A DNA stretch of 64,000 nt, taken from assembly GCF_011745625.1 (NCBI RefSeq), contig NW_027191492.1, forward strand, positions 1 to 64,000. The letters are read 5' to 3'. Made by a program: the position numbers and the translations under genes. This document shows, piece after piece, positions 1 to 12,322 of this stretch; position 1 is the stretch's first letter, and each line of letters begins with the position of its first letter. This DNA is from Cladosporium halotolerans. Lineage: Eukaryota. The notes under the pieces are model-generated. The model saw only the letters and a program-made list of their open reading frames with translations, ran no database searches and had not been told where the DNA came from.

Positions 1-127
1 ATGGTTCACCATCTGGTCAAATGGTTCTTACATGTCGAGTTGCCGGTTGGTGTCGGTTTGACCACAGAACCAGCACCAACCGAACCAATAACAGCACTGC
101 GAACACACGTACTTACCGGGATGACAG

Positions 128-1100
128 ATACCCATGGTCCTCGCCCAATGTAATTGCCACCATGATCGTTGGCGCTGTCACCCTCTTCGCCATCCTCCCT
201 GCATACGAGATCTGGATCCACAAGAAGGGCAGGGATACATACCTCCCCCTACACCTGTTCAAGAACATTCGTTTTCAGTCCGCCGCTTGGAACACTGGTA
301 TCGCCGCAGGTGTCTACTACGGCTTCTCCATCGTGTTCCCTCAGATTGTCTCGATCATCTATTACGGCAGGGGTGAGATCAGCGAATACGACATTGGCAC
401 TCTGGCCGGCCTTGCCCCGATGTCGTTCGTGTTCGCTCAAATGTGTCACGGCCCGATCGTTTGGTTCACGGGTCCGAAGTGGGCCATGATCGGATCTGCG
501 GTCGTGGGTGTTGCGTGCCTGACCGCCTGCGCGGCCGACATTGACAACCGCCAGCTGACCATGGGTCTCCTGATCGTCGGTTGCTACGCCATGGGCATCG
601 TCGAGTCCGTCTCTATCACCACCTCAACCTTCCCGCTCCGCTCCCAGGAAGAGATCGGACAGGGTGGCGGCCTCAGTGGTAGCACCCGTAACTTCGTCTC
701 TGCCATCTCGCTCGCTATCTACACGGCTACCCTCAACAACCGTTTGAACCAGACCGTGCCCGCTCAGATCAACTCTGTCGCCCTCGGACTCGGACTGCCA
801 GCCAGCTCCCTGGACGCCCTGGCCGCCGCTGTCAGAGGCTCAGCATCATACGACGCTGTAGCTGGATTGACCCCGGCCATCCAGGAGGCCATCCAGGAAC
901 CTTTCCGCATTGCCTTCCGCGACGCCGCCAAGACCGTCTTCTTCGTGTCTCTGGCCTTCTCTGGATCGGCTTTGATCCTCTCCTTCTTCACGACTGAGAA
1001 CGACGAGAGCACTGCAGACTACGTTGCCGCCGGCATGCACGGAAAGTCGGAGGAGAAGGCGTATCACGACGAGAAGGTAGCCGACACTGGCAGCAAGTGA
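128..1100 (+). CDS. TRI12-like (fungal trichothecene efflux pump family) MFS transporter, 3' exon only; 5' part lies before this exon or the window
   Basis: Multi-TM ORF 21..1100 with YPWSSPNVIATMIVG, 'YLPLHLFKN', 'GGLSGSTRNFVSAISLAIYTATLNNRL' and C-terminal 'AFRDAAKTVFFVSLAF', typical of this family. Probable intron acceptor (gacag) at 127. Confidence 0.8.
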
Positions 1101-2259
1101 AGAGGAAGTGGCAAGGTCCGCAGGTTTGTCCGGGCGGAGTGGTCTGGCTAACGTCTGTCGACGCGCATGACTTTTTTTTAATTCTCCGTGCCCAAGGGGT
1201 TTTTGGGCTCCGCCACATAGTACTACACAGTAGTCTAATGTAAACGAGTCGTTAGACTGGTCAAGATCCGAGGACGTGGTGCTGTCGTCGTCGCCAAGGG
1301 GCTGAATGTTTCTCCTTGGCTCGTGTTCGGCGCGCCAAGTTTCATCCACGCAAGCCTGACTCTGACGTCGTCATGGGGCTGTGTTTCTGCGAACTTCAGC
1401 TCCAACCTTGCCGTTGGGAACACCGCCAAGCTCTTCAGATGTCACCTTGCTGCAGTGCAGGAAGAACAAGAGTTCATGAGGGAGCTTGTGCACGCGTGTC
1501 GCAAATCTTTTCACATGCTAGATAGGCGACAAAAGACAGCTGGAAAAACTCCGCGACAGCGAATCATCCGCAACCCTCGTTATCAAGGCGGCCGATCATT
1601 CAGAACAGAGGCTGGATTGCTCGCAAATCCTAGAGTCAGTCTTCCTCTTGGCACCAGGTGACGCGGATGATAGGGAACGGATTGCCAGGAGACCGAGGAC
1701 GTTGAGCTGCAGGCTGCGGTCGATAAGGGTCTCGTCGGCGGGCTCACTTAGGGTCGGGTCTCGGCCGGACGGGCGCTCCCCACGGGCCGGACGATCTGGA
1801 GGCGGCATTCCTTCGGCTGTATTCCTTTCCAGCCAACGATTCTTCGCTATGCGCGACGTGCCAACCGCACGCGCACATCCTCTAACGTTGACGTGGGTGG
1901 CAGAGTTGGGATCACCAAAGTTTCAGGGTGGTCCGGTCCGGCGCCGCCCCTTCATGACGCTCCAAACGCCTCTCTGTTTCGTGGAACTGATTGCTTCTGA
2001 TACCCGCTCGGACGACGCTTCACTGTCGTATCATCATATTGAGTTGCAGACCCACAGAGGAGGCAAGACCACCAAGCCATCCGACTATGTCTCCATACCA
2101 TCCCCCATGGAGGACTTATAGTCTAGATTCCCACTCCAGTGCAATTCTTCTTGACCTCAAGCCCTCATCGAGCCATCCCCGCTTTCTCTATTCCAATCGT
2201 CACCCTGGAGCATCTCGTAGCAGAAAAAAAGACGGCACCTATATTGTGCCGTCGGCCTA

Positions 2260-3376
2260 ATGTCTCTGGACGGCCCTCACATCGACGACCTCGCCGAGCG
2301 TGAACTGTCAGCATGTCCATCGCCGGCCGAGAGCCCATCCCGGAGTTCCAGCACTTCGCGCATGCTGCCTCCCAGACCAAAGCCTGGCGCACTGTCTCTC
2401 TTGTTCTCACAGGATGTAGCCAGTGATTGGTGGCTGGAGTCACAGCTCCTCTTCGTATGTCGTCTTGTTGTTGTTTCATCATGGACGAGGAGTGTACTGA
2501 CCACCTGTCGTAGATGACGGCCATCACTGGTATCCTGGATGCCATTACTTTTACCGAATACCATGTCTTCACGACTAAGCAGACAGGTATGTACTAAAGG
2601 GGAACATCATTGTAATAATACATCAGCTGACATCGAGAGTAGGCAACTTCCTCAACATTGCCCTGTACGTGTTCTCAAAGGAGCGGCTGGCGCCTAAAAT
2701 CGAGCAGACCATCGCTGTTTCGATCAGCTCGTAAGTGGTATCATCGACTGAATCGTCGACTCTGACGCTGACTCTTATTCACAGCTTCCTCATAGGAAGT
2801 TTCATATTCGGCCAGCTCGCTCACAAAGTCCGGACCCGCAAGCGAGGATGGCTGATCATGACCACTTTGTTCCAAGCAACACTCGTCTTGGTCGTAGCAC
2901 TGATAGCCCGCTCCGGCGTCCGTGGCGATGGCACCGGGCCCCGTGCTCTTGCTATTGTCGGCTTGCTGTCCTTCGCTCAAGCCGGCCAAGTGAGCCTCGC
3001 AATCGGCGTCGGCATGGCGGAGTTGAACACCACCATGATCACTGGTGCGATCGTACGTGATATCTATATCAATCCTCCCAACGAGTCATTCTTCTAACCA
3101 GTCATCCAGATCTCTACCCTCGGCGACCCCAACATCTTCCGGCGCTCGAACCACGCCCGCGACCGCCGCATTCTGTTCGTTGTCTTTTACCTCGCTGGCT
3201 GCTTCGGTGGTACGGCCATGGACGTCAATACAAGCTGGACCTTCTTCCTCGCTTTCGGTATGAAGATGGCTGTTTGTGCGAGCTTCCTATTCACGCCGGG
3301 CATGGTGGCGGATCTGGAGAAGCAGGATGATAAGGGGACCGCGACTCCGGTCTCTCATATACTTTGGGGCGACTGA
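2260..3376 (+). CDS. DUF1275/YoaK-family membrane protein (about 4 introns)
   Basis: Spliced reading gives 'MTAITGILDAITFTEYHVFTTKQTG-N', 'FLIGSFIFGQL', 'LLSFAQAGQVSLA...ELNTTMITGA' and 'LGDPNIFRRSNHARDRRILFV', ending HILWGD* at 3374-3376. Confidence 0.8.
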
Positions 3377-4621
3377 GGCGCTCTCGATATATTCGGAGGT
3401 CAAGGCAAAGAGGGGAAGACGCATTGGATAAGATCCTCTTGAGCATGCTTCTGGTGGCGGCACCGGAACATCGAGGCGGAGCTGCGACGGGCGCCATTTT
3501 CCAACAAATTACGCTCAGTTGCCAGAGTGAACGGGGCAGACAAGCCATGAGCAGGTCGTCGGGGACCAAGTAAAAAGACAGAACCCGCATGGGAACTTAA
3601 CAACAGCTACAGGGGCGTTCGAGCGACTGTTTACCTTGCGATGGGATTACAGCACCATCGAATAGAGATACTCAGATAGATACACGAGGACTTGCGACAG
3701 CATAGCAGGCCTCATAGATTGATCATTAAAAAACCACAGGACATTCAGAAGTCTTCTGCAAGTTGAACGAATTAGTTCAAATCGATGATCATGTTGTGGA
3801 TACAAGTGACAAGTCCAGTCTCGGAGTCTCTGATCTTTCCACATTTCTTTTCGCCTTCCGTTTCGTACACTACGCCGATTTCGCCATCCTGAAGAGGGCA
3901 AACACTGGCATAAGCAATGCCCCACCTGCTCAATCGATCTTTGCGACAGTTGATGACGCTGATATCGTTGCGTATGCCGTATCCATTGCGGCAGCCAGCA
4001 CCGGAGTATTGTTCAATGTCGATTCTGCGCGGATTGGCAAGGGTAACGTCGCTCATCTAAATACTTGAGTTCCATGAGGTTTACTACTAGTCTTTTGATT
4101 TTACTAGGTTTCTACATTCCCCAAAGAAAGAAAGTCTTCACATGGTACTACCTTTCATTATCGGCGGCTATCGAGATGGAGTTCTTCCCCGGAGAGTATA
4201 TTCACTCTGGAAGAATCGCGTCGTAATCTTCATGAGCCTAGAAATCTTCGGATGCCCGATGGTAGCTAAGATCCCCATGACCGCATACTTGAGGAAGAGT
4301 TCAAGCATAACTCCGAACAGGCTTGGGTTTATCGTGTGCGTTGTGGGCGATGCATTCGACGAGTACGTGGAGCAAGGGAGGCGAATTCGTACAACACACG
4401 CGGCGAGAAGTGATGCAGGCTCAAGAGTTTGTTTGAACCTACCATTTGGTCCCTTCCGTGTGAGCGTGGGACTTCCAAGTCACATCTCGTGAGTCACGGA
4501 CCCGGTCATGAGACTGACCTGGACTATTGTGGAGAATGTTGAAGCTGCGCATCAACAGCGCTACATCAACAACTCTTCTTTGTTGACATCTAATGCCTAA
4601 CCACGGAAAGCCCCAACCAAA

Positions 4622-5347
4622 ATGTCTCAGCCGGAGTCTCCTTCAACTGAGCTGCGGTTCTCTGAAAGACCGTCGAGAGCAGACACAAATAACAACTGCA
4701 CTGCAACACTGGCGTGGCTGAAGATCAACATAGCCGCTATTTATTCAGCTGGCAGAACAACAGCGTCCGAGGATAGAGCCCCTACGCTCACTCGTGAAGC
4801 CTATCTAAACCTGTACTCTACAGTACACGACTACTGCATGGCCACAAGGGATAGCCGTAAATCGCACCCTCAGCCTCAACTCAGCGGCGGGGATTTGTAC
4901 AACGGGCTCGAGGACGCGATCAAGGCTCATTGTTCGGAGACTCGAGTCTACCTGTTGGCTCCAGCGAGCGGCGCAGACATTGATGGCGCCCGTCATGTGA
5001 TCGCGGAATACCTGACTCATTGGCGAAAGCTCACTCATTTGGCCGGATTGGTCACGAATCTACTGCGGCCATTAGAGGCGGATTGGATTCAGAGAGGGAT
5101 TAGTGCGAAGGCTGCGGATATGTACCGCATCAAGGACCTTCACACGGTTATATGGAAGCAAGAGATCCTCCAGGTTGGTGTCGACTCAACTGAAGCTGCC
5201 ACTGGGTCGAAGATTGAGAATGCTGCAAAGCTACTACAACATCACGGTGAAATAGGAAGCGAGAGCGACAAGGCACTAGCAGAGAGATTTGTGGAATCTA
5301 TCAAAAATATCGGCGTGGGACTCGGGAAGGGAGATGAAGCACGCTGA
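4622..5347 (+). CDS. Stand-alone cullin N-terminal repeat protein (Cul1/Cdc53-like, 241 aa, intronless)
   Basis: 'YLNLYSTVHDYC', 'GGDLYNGLEDAI', 'YLTHWRKLTHLAGLVTNLLRPLEADWIQR' and 'YRIKDLHTVIWKQEIL' match the helices of Cul1 repeat 1. No cullin-homology or Nedd8 region follows. Confidence 0.75.
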   Translation: MSQPESPSTELRFSERPSRADTNNNCTATLAWLKINIAAIYSAGRTTASEDRAPTLTREAYLNLYSTVHDYCMATRDSRKSHPQPQLSGGDLYNGLEDAIKAHCSETRVYLLAPASGADIDGARHVIAEYLTHWRKLTHLAGLVTNLLRPLEADWIQRGISAKAADMYRIKDLHTVIWKQEILQVGVDSTEAATGSKIENAAKLLQHHGEIGSESDKALAERFVESIKNIGVGLGKGDEAR

Positions 5348-6053
5348 CTCTCAGAGGTGGACATGGTGCCAGAAGCTCGCCATTGCGAAGCCAGTGCGAC
5401 ATGGAGGGCAGCATAATGAGCAGGCGTTGCCGCATGCTGCAACCGGACTGCTTCTGTTCAGCTGTTTGACGCATCCAGCTCTGCAGACTAGTAGGTACCA
5501 TCCTAATAATATATGGCTCGTTATATTGAACTGAGCATGACAATCGATCCACTTCAAACCTCTTGGGACGGGGCCTGTAGAGATCTAGCATCTCTGCTGG
5601 TTTATCAGTTCCTTGTTGCGCATGCTACTGAGAAGCGCGTGACTACTACGCATCGATACGAGAGTGACATGGATTGGCGACTGAAGTCACAGGCATCAGC
5701 TGGAGCGCGAGCGATCCTCCCGTTCCGGACCCAGTCGCGAGACGGGTCTTTACGGAAGATCGGTATAAGTCGATGCATTAGTGTTGCGAAGTATGACTGA
5801 GTGTAGTTTCACGACAGGACCAATAGCTCTCTACACATAGGAATTGTCGACTAGCGATTGCGAGCGGAAGGTCAATGAGAAGTCACGATTCATGCGAGGA
5901 GATGCTTTCTGACGCAGCACGGCAGAACTTCAATTGGTATCGAAACTACTAGCCCTCCAAAATGAATGATTAATCAGCGAACGAGCGAGGATTCTCAGAC
6001 CCCACCACACCCTTCAGTCTCCATACCGTAGCACGACCAAAGACAGATGCCGA

Positions 6054-7790
6054 TCAGACATCATCCGAAGCAAGCACAGTGCCGTCGTGCGCGAGAGCAA
6101 CCTTGTGGTGGACGAGCGAAGCCTTGACCGGGTTGGGAGCCTCAAAGATCTGGTCGAGCTCCTCGAGCGTGCGGTTCTTGGTCTCGGGCATCATGAAGTA
6201 GAAGATGGTGGCCTGGACGGCGTTCCAGACGATGAAGACGATGTACGTCTTCCAACCGATCTTCTGCAGCGAGATGGGCCAGGCGAACTGGTTCAGCAGG
6301 CCGCCGGCGTTGACGGCGAGGGCGGAGAAGGCCATGCCCTTGGCGCGCATCTCGAAGGAGAGCACTTCCACGGGGTAGAGGGCTTGCAGGGGCGTGAGAC
6401 CGACGGAGTAGACGGCGCCGAAGATGAAGATCATGGCGATGGAGGCGCGCGCGGCGCTATCGTTGGTCTCGCCTGATTGGTTGAAGAGGGCGGTCGCGAT
6501 GGTCATGCCAATCCAGACGATGCAGGTTCCGGTCATGGAGAAAAGCATGAGCGGGCGACGGCCGATGCGGTCGACGAAAGCGGCACCGGTCAGGGCGAAA
6601 ACGAACTGGAAGCAGGCGTAGCCGAGGTTGATGTTGGCTTGCGTGACGCTCTCAGTGTAGCCAGCGGTGTCGAGCACGGCGGGCAAGAAGTAAGACAGCA
6701 CACCGTTGCCGGCCCATTGAGCGAAGATGGAGAAAAGAACGTTGGTCGCGATGCGGTAGCGGCTGGCGCGAGTGTTGAACAACGCGCGGTAGTCCCACCA
6801 GCGCTTGTCAGAGCCCTCCCTGCGGAATATTGTTAGTCTGGACTCGCAGTATTGAAGACGAAGCGTCAACTTACAGGTTGAGGTATGACTCGTACTCCTC
6901 GAGCTGAAGCTTGACCCAAGCCGAGTCAGGGTTTCCGTAGCCATGGAATTTGGTCAAGACGGCAGTTGCCTTCTCGCGCTTGTTGTGAACATAGAGCCAG
7001 CGAGGGGACTCGGGGATGAACCAGCCGAAGAGAATGATCAAGCCAGGGAAAAACATCTGAAGGTAGACCGGGATGGTCCAGCTGATGTTTCCCTGGAGAG
7101 TGATCGCACCGCGGATGGCGCCAGAAGCCAAGATGGAACCAGTGAACCAGAAAGTGTTGCAGTAGGCAGTGAGGATACCACGGTAGGCTGGGTGAGAGGT
7201 CTCAACGACGTAGATGGGACCTGCGGCGGAGATGATGGAGACACCGAAACCAAGCAGGAAACGACCACCCTTGAGCTGACCGACGTGGCCGTTGAGGGCG
7301 GTGGTACCGTTGATGATAGCGCCAATGACGATGAGCCATGCACCGATTTGCATGCCAATCTTCCTGCCCCAAGTATCGATAGCCGGACCAACGAAGAACA
7401 GAGCAGTGACACCGCCGATCTGGTACATGGCAGAGTTGATAGCAGCCCACGGACCGTCCTTGGTGCCGCCGAAGAAGTCAAGGAATTGCTGGTTGGCCGT
7501 CAGACCACCGAAGACGGAGCCGTCGAAGCCGTTCATGGTCTGAGCAAAGCATCCGAGAAGGATACAGCCGATGAGCTTCCACGTAGTGGCGTTCCAGAGC
7601 GGAGGAGCCTCCTTGATGAGGGCTTCGTTGTAAGCTTCGGAGCCCTTGACAACCTTGACCTCTGCAACATCGGCCTGTCAGATCTGTTAGTCGAGCCGAA
7701 ATATTCTTCAGCTGGTGAGATTGAACGTACGGAGTCCACGATCTTCTCGACCGTGGCGGTGCCTGTCTTGACCTCCTCCACAGGCGACAT
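6054..7790 (-). CDS. Sugar porter, lactose permease/cellodextrin transporter-like (2 introns)
   Basis: Motifs MNGFDGS, DTWGRK, GGRFLLGFG, PESPRWL, QWAGNG, VDRIGRR, YPVEVLSFEMRAKGMA and PETKNRTLEELD. Introns about 7675-7730 and 6822-6873. Confidence 0.93.
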
Positions 7791-7944
7791 CTTGAAGTCA
7801 GTTCCTTGTGAGCGAATGTATGAGAGAAGTGAGGTTGATGCTGATAGACGAGAAAAAACCTACGATCAGGCACGCAGACCCATGGCATAGTTATACAAAA
7901 CTCATCAGATGTTACAATGCCAGGGCAAGGGACCCTGGTCGGGT

Positions 7945-7994
7945 CTGGAGCCGCTCGTTTAGCTGGAGAACGCCTCAATGTGGGGGATCTGGGG
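7945..7994. promoter_or_regulatory. Cluster of four CreA/Cre1-type SYGGRG motifs upstream of the sugar porter
   Basis: CTGGAG 7945, CTGGAG 7963, GTGGGG 7980 and CTGGGG 7989, 155-205 bp upstream of the ATG at 7790. Confidence 0.5.
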
Positions 7995-9173
7995 CAGAAG
8001 CTATCGATTTGGGCACGGCTGACGGCTCTCCGGGCCCATCGGCCCTTGCAGCCGCAATACGTACCTCCGACACGATCAATTACATGTCAGGACGAGACGC
8101 ATCTCGGATTGAGTTGGACACGCTACAGCGGTCCGGGTCCTCCGCTGGGACCAGATCTCGCATCGGAATGAGGCCCCAGACCAGGGACACAGGACCGTTC
8201 ATGGACGCCACGCGAGGTGCTTCATGAGGGGAGCGCGAAACCCTGACTGGAAAGCATGCCCTTGAGGGAAATGATAGGTATCGATTCATGCACTGCATGG
8301 CTACCGCTCCTCTGACCAAGGCGATATGCTCTTCGAAGATAGCGAACATTTCAGCCCACGTTAGGGACGAACAGTCCGACTGGGCACCGGAAGGAATTTG
8401 ACCGCAATGTCAGATCACGGGCAGAAATCGAGCCAAGATGCCAGTCGCGTGTCCGGTGGCATGTGCGGCTCCGGAAGCCCTTTCGAGATGATTGGTGGCG
8501 AAATGCTTTAGTGTGGCCAGACGAGATCGAAGCTTCATGTCCGCTGACCAGGCGGGGTGTAAGGCACATGGGTACGGTAAGCGAGCCGGCATTTGTGCAT
8601 GTCGCTTTTGGAATGGGACCGCGGTGGCGCTGCGGTCGCGGGGAACGTGCTGCTTCACATGTTGAAGTCCGACGAGAGGAGAGATGAGGGATGCAGGACG
8701 ACTGCGTATGAATTGATCGGCCGTCTAGACCCGTCCAAGCGCCAACGAGAGGGCCCGGTGAGCGAGCGTTGTGCTGCTCCTGATTCTGTGCGTCACCTGG
8801 CACTGACATATGGACGGGTACGACAAATAGTGAGGAGAGAGGGGCGTCGAGACAGGTGGGAGGGTGCCAGCATGGGAAGGCAGGACGAGCGGCATCGGCC
8901 GAGAAGCAAATCAGGGCGCTCAAGCTTCCAGTCGCACATTCGCCAAGCTGCTACGCCCGGCTCCCGTCGCCGAACAAGCAGCAGTGATAATAATGACAAT
9001 AAATTCACACCTCCTCGGGCAGCCCAGAAGGACCCAAGGCTCTAGGGCTCCGACTCGTGACGGCGGCGTGGGCAGCAGCGCGCATCTCGCTTCCCGCCGA
9101 CGACGCGGCTGACCCAATCCTTTGGCGCCGACAGTGCGTGCGCTCCTGAGGCTGCCAGCCCGCCTTCATCGCA

Positions 9174-9238
9174 TCGCGTGCAAGGCTGTCCTACAATGCG
9201 CGCCCAGCCTTCGTCGCGTGCAAGGCTGTCAGGCTGTC
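9174..9238. repeat. 17-bp direct repeat with 40-bp period, plus a partial third copy
   Basis: tcgcgtgcaaggctgtc at 9174-9190 and 9214-9230; aggctgtc at 9231-9238. Confidence 0.85.
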
Positions 9239-10604
9239 CGGCAGCGCTGAGCCGACCGCGCGCGTCTATGCGCTGCACCCACGGGCGCGTCTGAGCATTT
9301 GAGGTCCCCTCAGCCATATCCTGGGCGCGTCTGGTGGTGGCGCTGGAGTTGACAGGAGCCGCACGTGTCGGAGTTGCGGGCCTCGAGAACTGGCCTCACG
9401 AGACACCACACCGGCCACACCGCTCGAACGGTGCACTGAAGCACTCAGAGCGTGCTAGCCCGGCCTCAACATGGCATCAGCCTTCCCACTATCGAAGCCT
9501 CTCAGATTGGCACGCAATGTGTGAGAGCTGGCAGGACGCTGTGAGACCGGAAGTCCGGTAGATGAGCTCGTGGCCGAGTGCAGCGCCCTCAAGCGACGGC
9601 ATCACCAGGTGCTCACGGCGATAGGTCCGTTTGCTTGTGGCGATCTGCAGCATGTACAAGAGCTGTACATGGCATGACGGGCCAATAATGGCCGGCCGCA
9701 CCGGCCTTCGCTCCTCAGTTGTACGGAAGTTGTACGGACAGGAGTCGAGCAGCCTTCGCAGAAATTCGCTGACTGGATGGACTTCGCGCCTGGAACTATC
9801 CACGCCGTTGGCAAGTCGGCCGTTGCGAATATCCGGACATCGAAGCACGAGACCAAAGGCAAGCGAAACTCTCTTTGTCACCACATGGAAAACGCTACAC
9901 GGCGGCAGAATCTAGAGCCAGGCATTTGCAAAGTCGTAAGACCGAACATAGCAAAAGATATACTGCATGCTGCTGTGGACAAAGTGAGGTCCAGACGCGC
10001 TGCAAGAAAGCCCCAGGGCTGTCCCTGAACGCGCGAAGCGCAGACGTGACTGACACTAGCCTAGGGGAGCCACGTGGGTCCAAGACAACAACAGCACCTT
10101 GGCCCAGACCTGCTAAATACTCTGGTGATCACAATCCTCCACCACCGAACCAGAGACAATGTCAATTCGCAACCGCCACAAGTGCACGAGAAAACCTCTC
10201 TGCCAAGCAGGCTCGCATCTCCCTCCCGCGACATTTCATCTCATCGGCAGCTATGAGGCATGTGCTCTCACCTGCTAGCAGACCCCGTGGCCGGTGAACC
10301 AGCGACATCAGCGGTGAGCATGTCGCGATCTACGGCGTTGCTCTTCCAGATCCCGCCTCGCAATTCAAGCTGCCAATCTCACGTGCTCTGCTCATCTGCG
10401 CTCGTTCGGTGTCTTGGATCCCGACAAACTTAGGCATTCTATCCTACAAGTCAAAATACCATCGACCTTCTTCCTTGCTGCTGACACGCTCTCTTTCACC
10501 ATCACATTCTTTTACGTGTTCCAGCGTTACTAACGAGCGCAGCGCTTTGCTTTTCGCGTTTTCCCACCTCTGGTCATTCATTTTAGCAACATCGCTTTCG
10601 CAAC

Positions 10605-12077
10605 ATGCACTCCACGCTCGTTTTCCTCGTTGCCGCTGGGCGCATCGCGACGGCCTTCAGTGGTCCCGATGCGCAGCAGACGAAACCACTCGCCACTATC
10701 ACTGCCTTGTCTGATGGCCATCTCCCAACCTGCTTTACAGGGCACCCTACTCACCCGTGTCCTACTTCCTACCCTGACCCGGCCAAACGCGATCTCGTGC
10801 AGGATGTCAATGACCTCGGACACTCTCTTCCGATCAAGCCCATTTCCATGACTGCCAGCCAAGGCGAACACACTCTCCCGACCGAGGCTCCCGCCCTCGC
10901 GCTTCGCGACGCTCCGCTGAAGGTCTCAGAAGGCTCTGGAGACTACATCCCTGAACCCAACGAGTGGGCTATTCCTCAGAACTTCACTTTCACCGACACG
11001 ATTTCCAACACTACGTCGACGGCTTCCGGCACTGCTACATTGACAGCCGCCCACCACGAAAAGACTGCCGCTCCGTCCGGCGCCCATCACCACCACGGCG
11101 GTCACATGCAGAAGCACAAGCCCGATGATTTGTATGACACGATCGCTGAAGACATGCTGGAAGAGCACAAGGCTGGAGGTGGACCGTCTCACCCACCTGG
11201 AATGCCGGCTAAGCACCCTCGCGACTTGGACCAGCCTGAGCTGAAGCCCACCGCCGATGCCTATGCAGCCGTCAACTCCATCGTTTACCAACCCACAAGC
11301 GAGAAGGCTCCCTCAGTCACCAGCTCTCCGAGTGTGGCTGTGCAAAAGGCATCTCACCAGCAGAGCTCCGCCAACTCTACTACCAACTCTCACCTGTCTG
11401 GTATGATCGGCACCTTGCTTAATGGAGCCATGTTCCCCGGAAAGATGAGGGCTCCGTCCACTACCACTACCTCTTCTGCAACCCCCACCCCTGAGATCAC
11501 TCAAGCAGCCTCCTCCGAGAGCCCTGTCCTCGTCCCTATCGCCATGTCGGAGGCACCCAACACCACTGCGCCCGGCGGTAGCCTCCAGGCCTTCGTTCAC
11601 ACGATCAACACCGAGTCGCTCTCCTCCGCCAACGCGGCCGCTACCCCGGACACCACCCTGCCCTCCTTCACTTCCGCTTCGTCAACAGCCTCCGCCAGTG
11701 CCGCCAAGAACGACCTGCTTGAATCTTCCAAGGAAGCGCTCCCGGAGTCTGAGGCCATCCTCCCGCGCTCCCCCGAGCCCCGTGAATGGGACAACGAGAA
11801 GTTCGACAAGGATCTGAACGAATACCTCAGCACTGTTGTCCCGAGCGAGTCCTCTTCAATGAGAGGAGACAGGGCGGCCTCGACCTCATCCTCCGCGGCC
11901 TCGACCAGCACTGCTTCGCCTACCACCACCTCGACCCCTGCTGCCCACAGCGAGTCCCAGCAGCCCAGCAAGCCCACCTCTTTCGCCACTTCCACCAGAC
12001 CCACCGGCGTCATCAAGCCGCCTACCACCTCTCAGGCTGTCCACTGGCGCCGCGACGGCAGGAGGTTCATCAGCTAA
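10605..12077 (+). CDS. Putative secreted Ser/Thr/Pro-rich (mucin-like) protein
   Basis: 490-aa intronless ORF with hydrophobic N-terminus (MHSTLVFLVAAGRIATA), S/T/P-rich body, His-rich patch and C-ending codon bias. Confidence 0.8.
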   Translation: MHSTLVFLVAAGRIATAFSGPDAQQTKPLATITALSDGHLPTCFTGHPTHPCPTSYPDPAKRDLVQDVNDLGHSLPIKPISMTASQGEHTLPTEAPALALRDAPLKVSEGSGDYIPEPNEWAIPQNFTFTDTISNTTSTASGTATLTAAHHEKTAAPSGAHHHHGGHMQKHKPDDLYDTIAEDMLEEHKAGGGPSHPPGMPAKHPRDLDQPELKPTADAYAAVNSIVYQPTSEKAPSVTSSPSVAVQKASHQQSSANSTTNSHLSGMIGTLLNGAMFPGKMRAPSTTTTSSATPTPEITQAASSESPVLVPIAMSEAPNTTAPGGSLQAFVHTINTESLSSANAAATPDTTLPSFTSASSTASASAAKNDLLESSKEALPESEAILPRSPEPREWDNEKFDKDLNEYLSTVVPSESSSMRGDRAASTSSSAASTSTASPTTTSTPAAHSESQQPSKPTSFATSTRPTGVIKPPTTSQAVHWRRDGRRFIS

Positions 12078-12322
12078 GCTCATGGAGCTGGACGATCTAT
12101 CCTTCTGCTTTCGTAGCTCTCACGTCCCGAACGCTGCGGGACTGTCGATTTCTCGACCTTGCGAACACGATACCCATATGTTTCCTTTCTCTTTTTTCTC
12201 TGTTCATATGCCTCGCGATGAGGCCATAGATATTTCGTAGTCATCAATGTAGAATCCCCTAATCAGCCCAAGCTCCCCCTCAACAACCCAGCCACAAAAC
12301 TTCCACTCCAATCCCAACCACC

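Noticed and set aside
3647..4492. Short ORFs on both strands, including a Cys-containing 94-aa minus-strand ORF (3772-4056)
   Set aside because: No recognisable family and no consistent exon structure. It could be a small degraded gene but cannot be supported.
6943..7890. 315-aa plus-strand ORF and similar long antisense ORFs (26661-27563, 56392-57360, 58449-59264, 60270-61064)
   Set aside because: Antisense shadows of GC3-rich real genes on the opposite strand.
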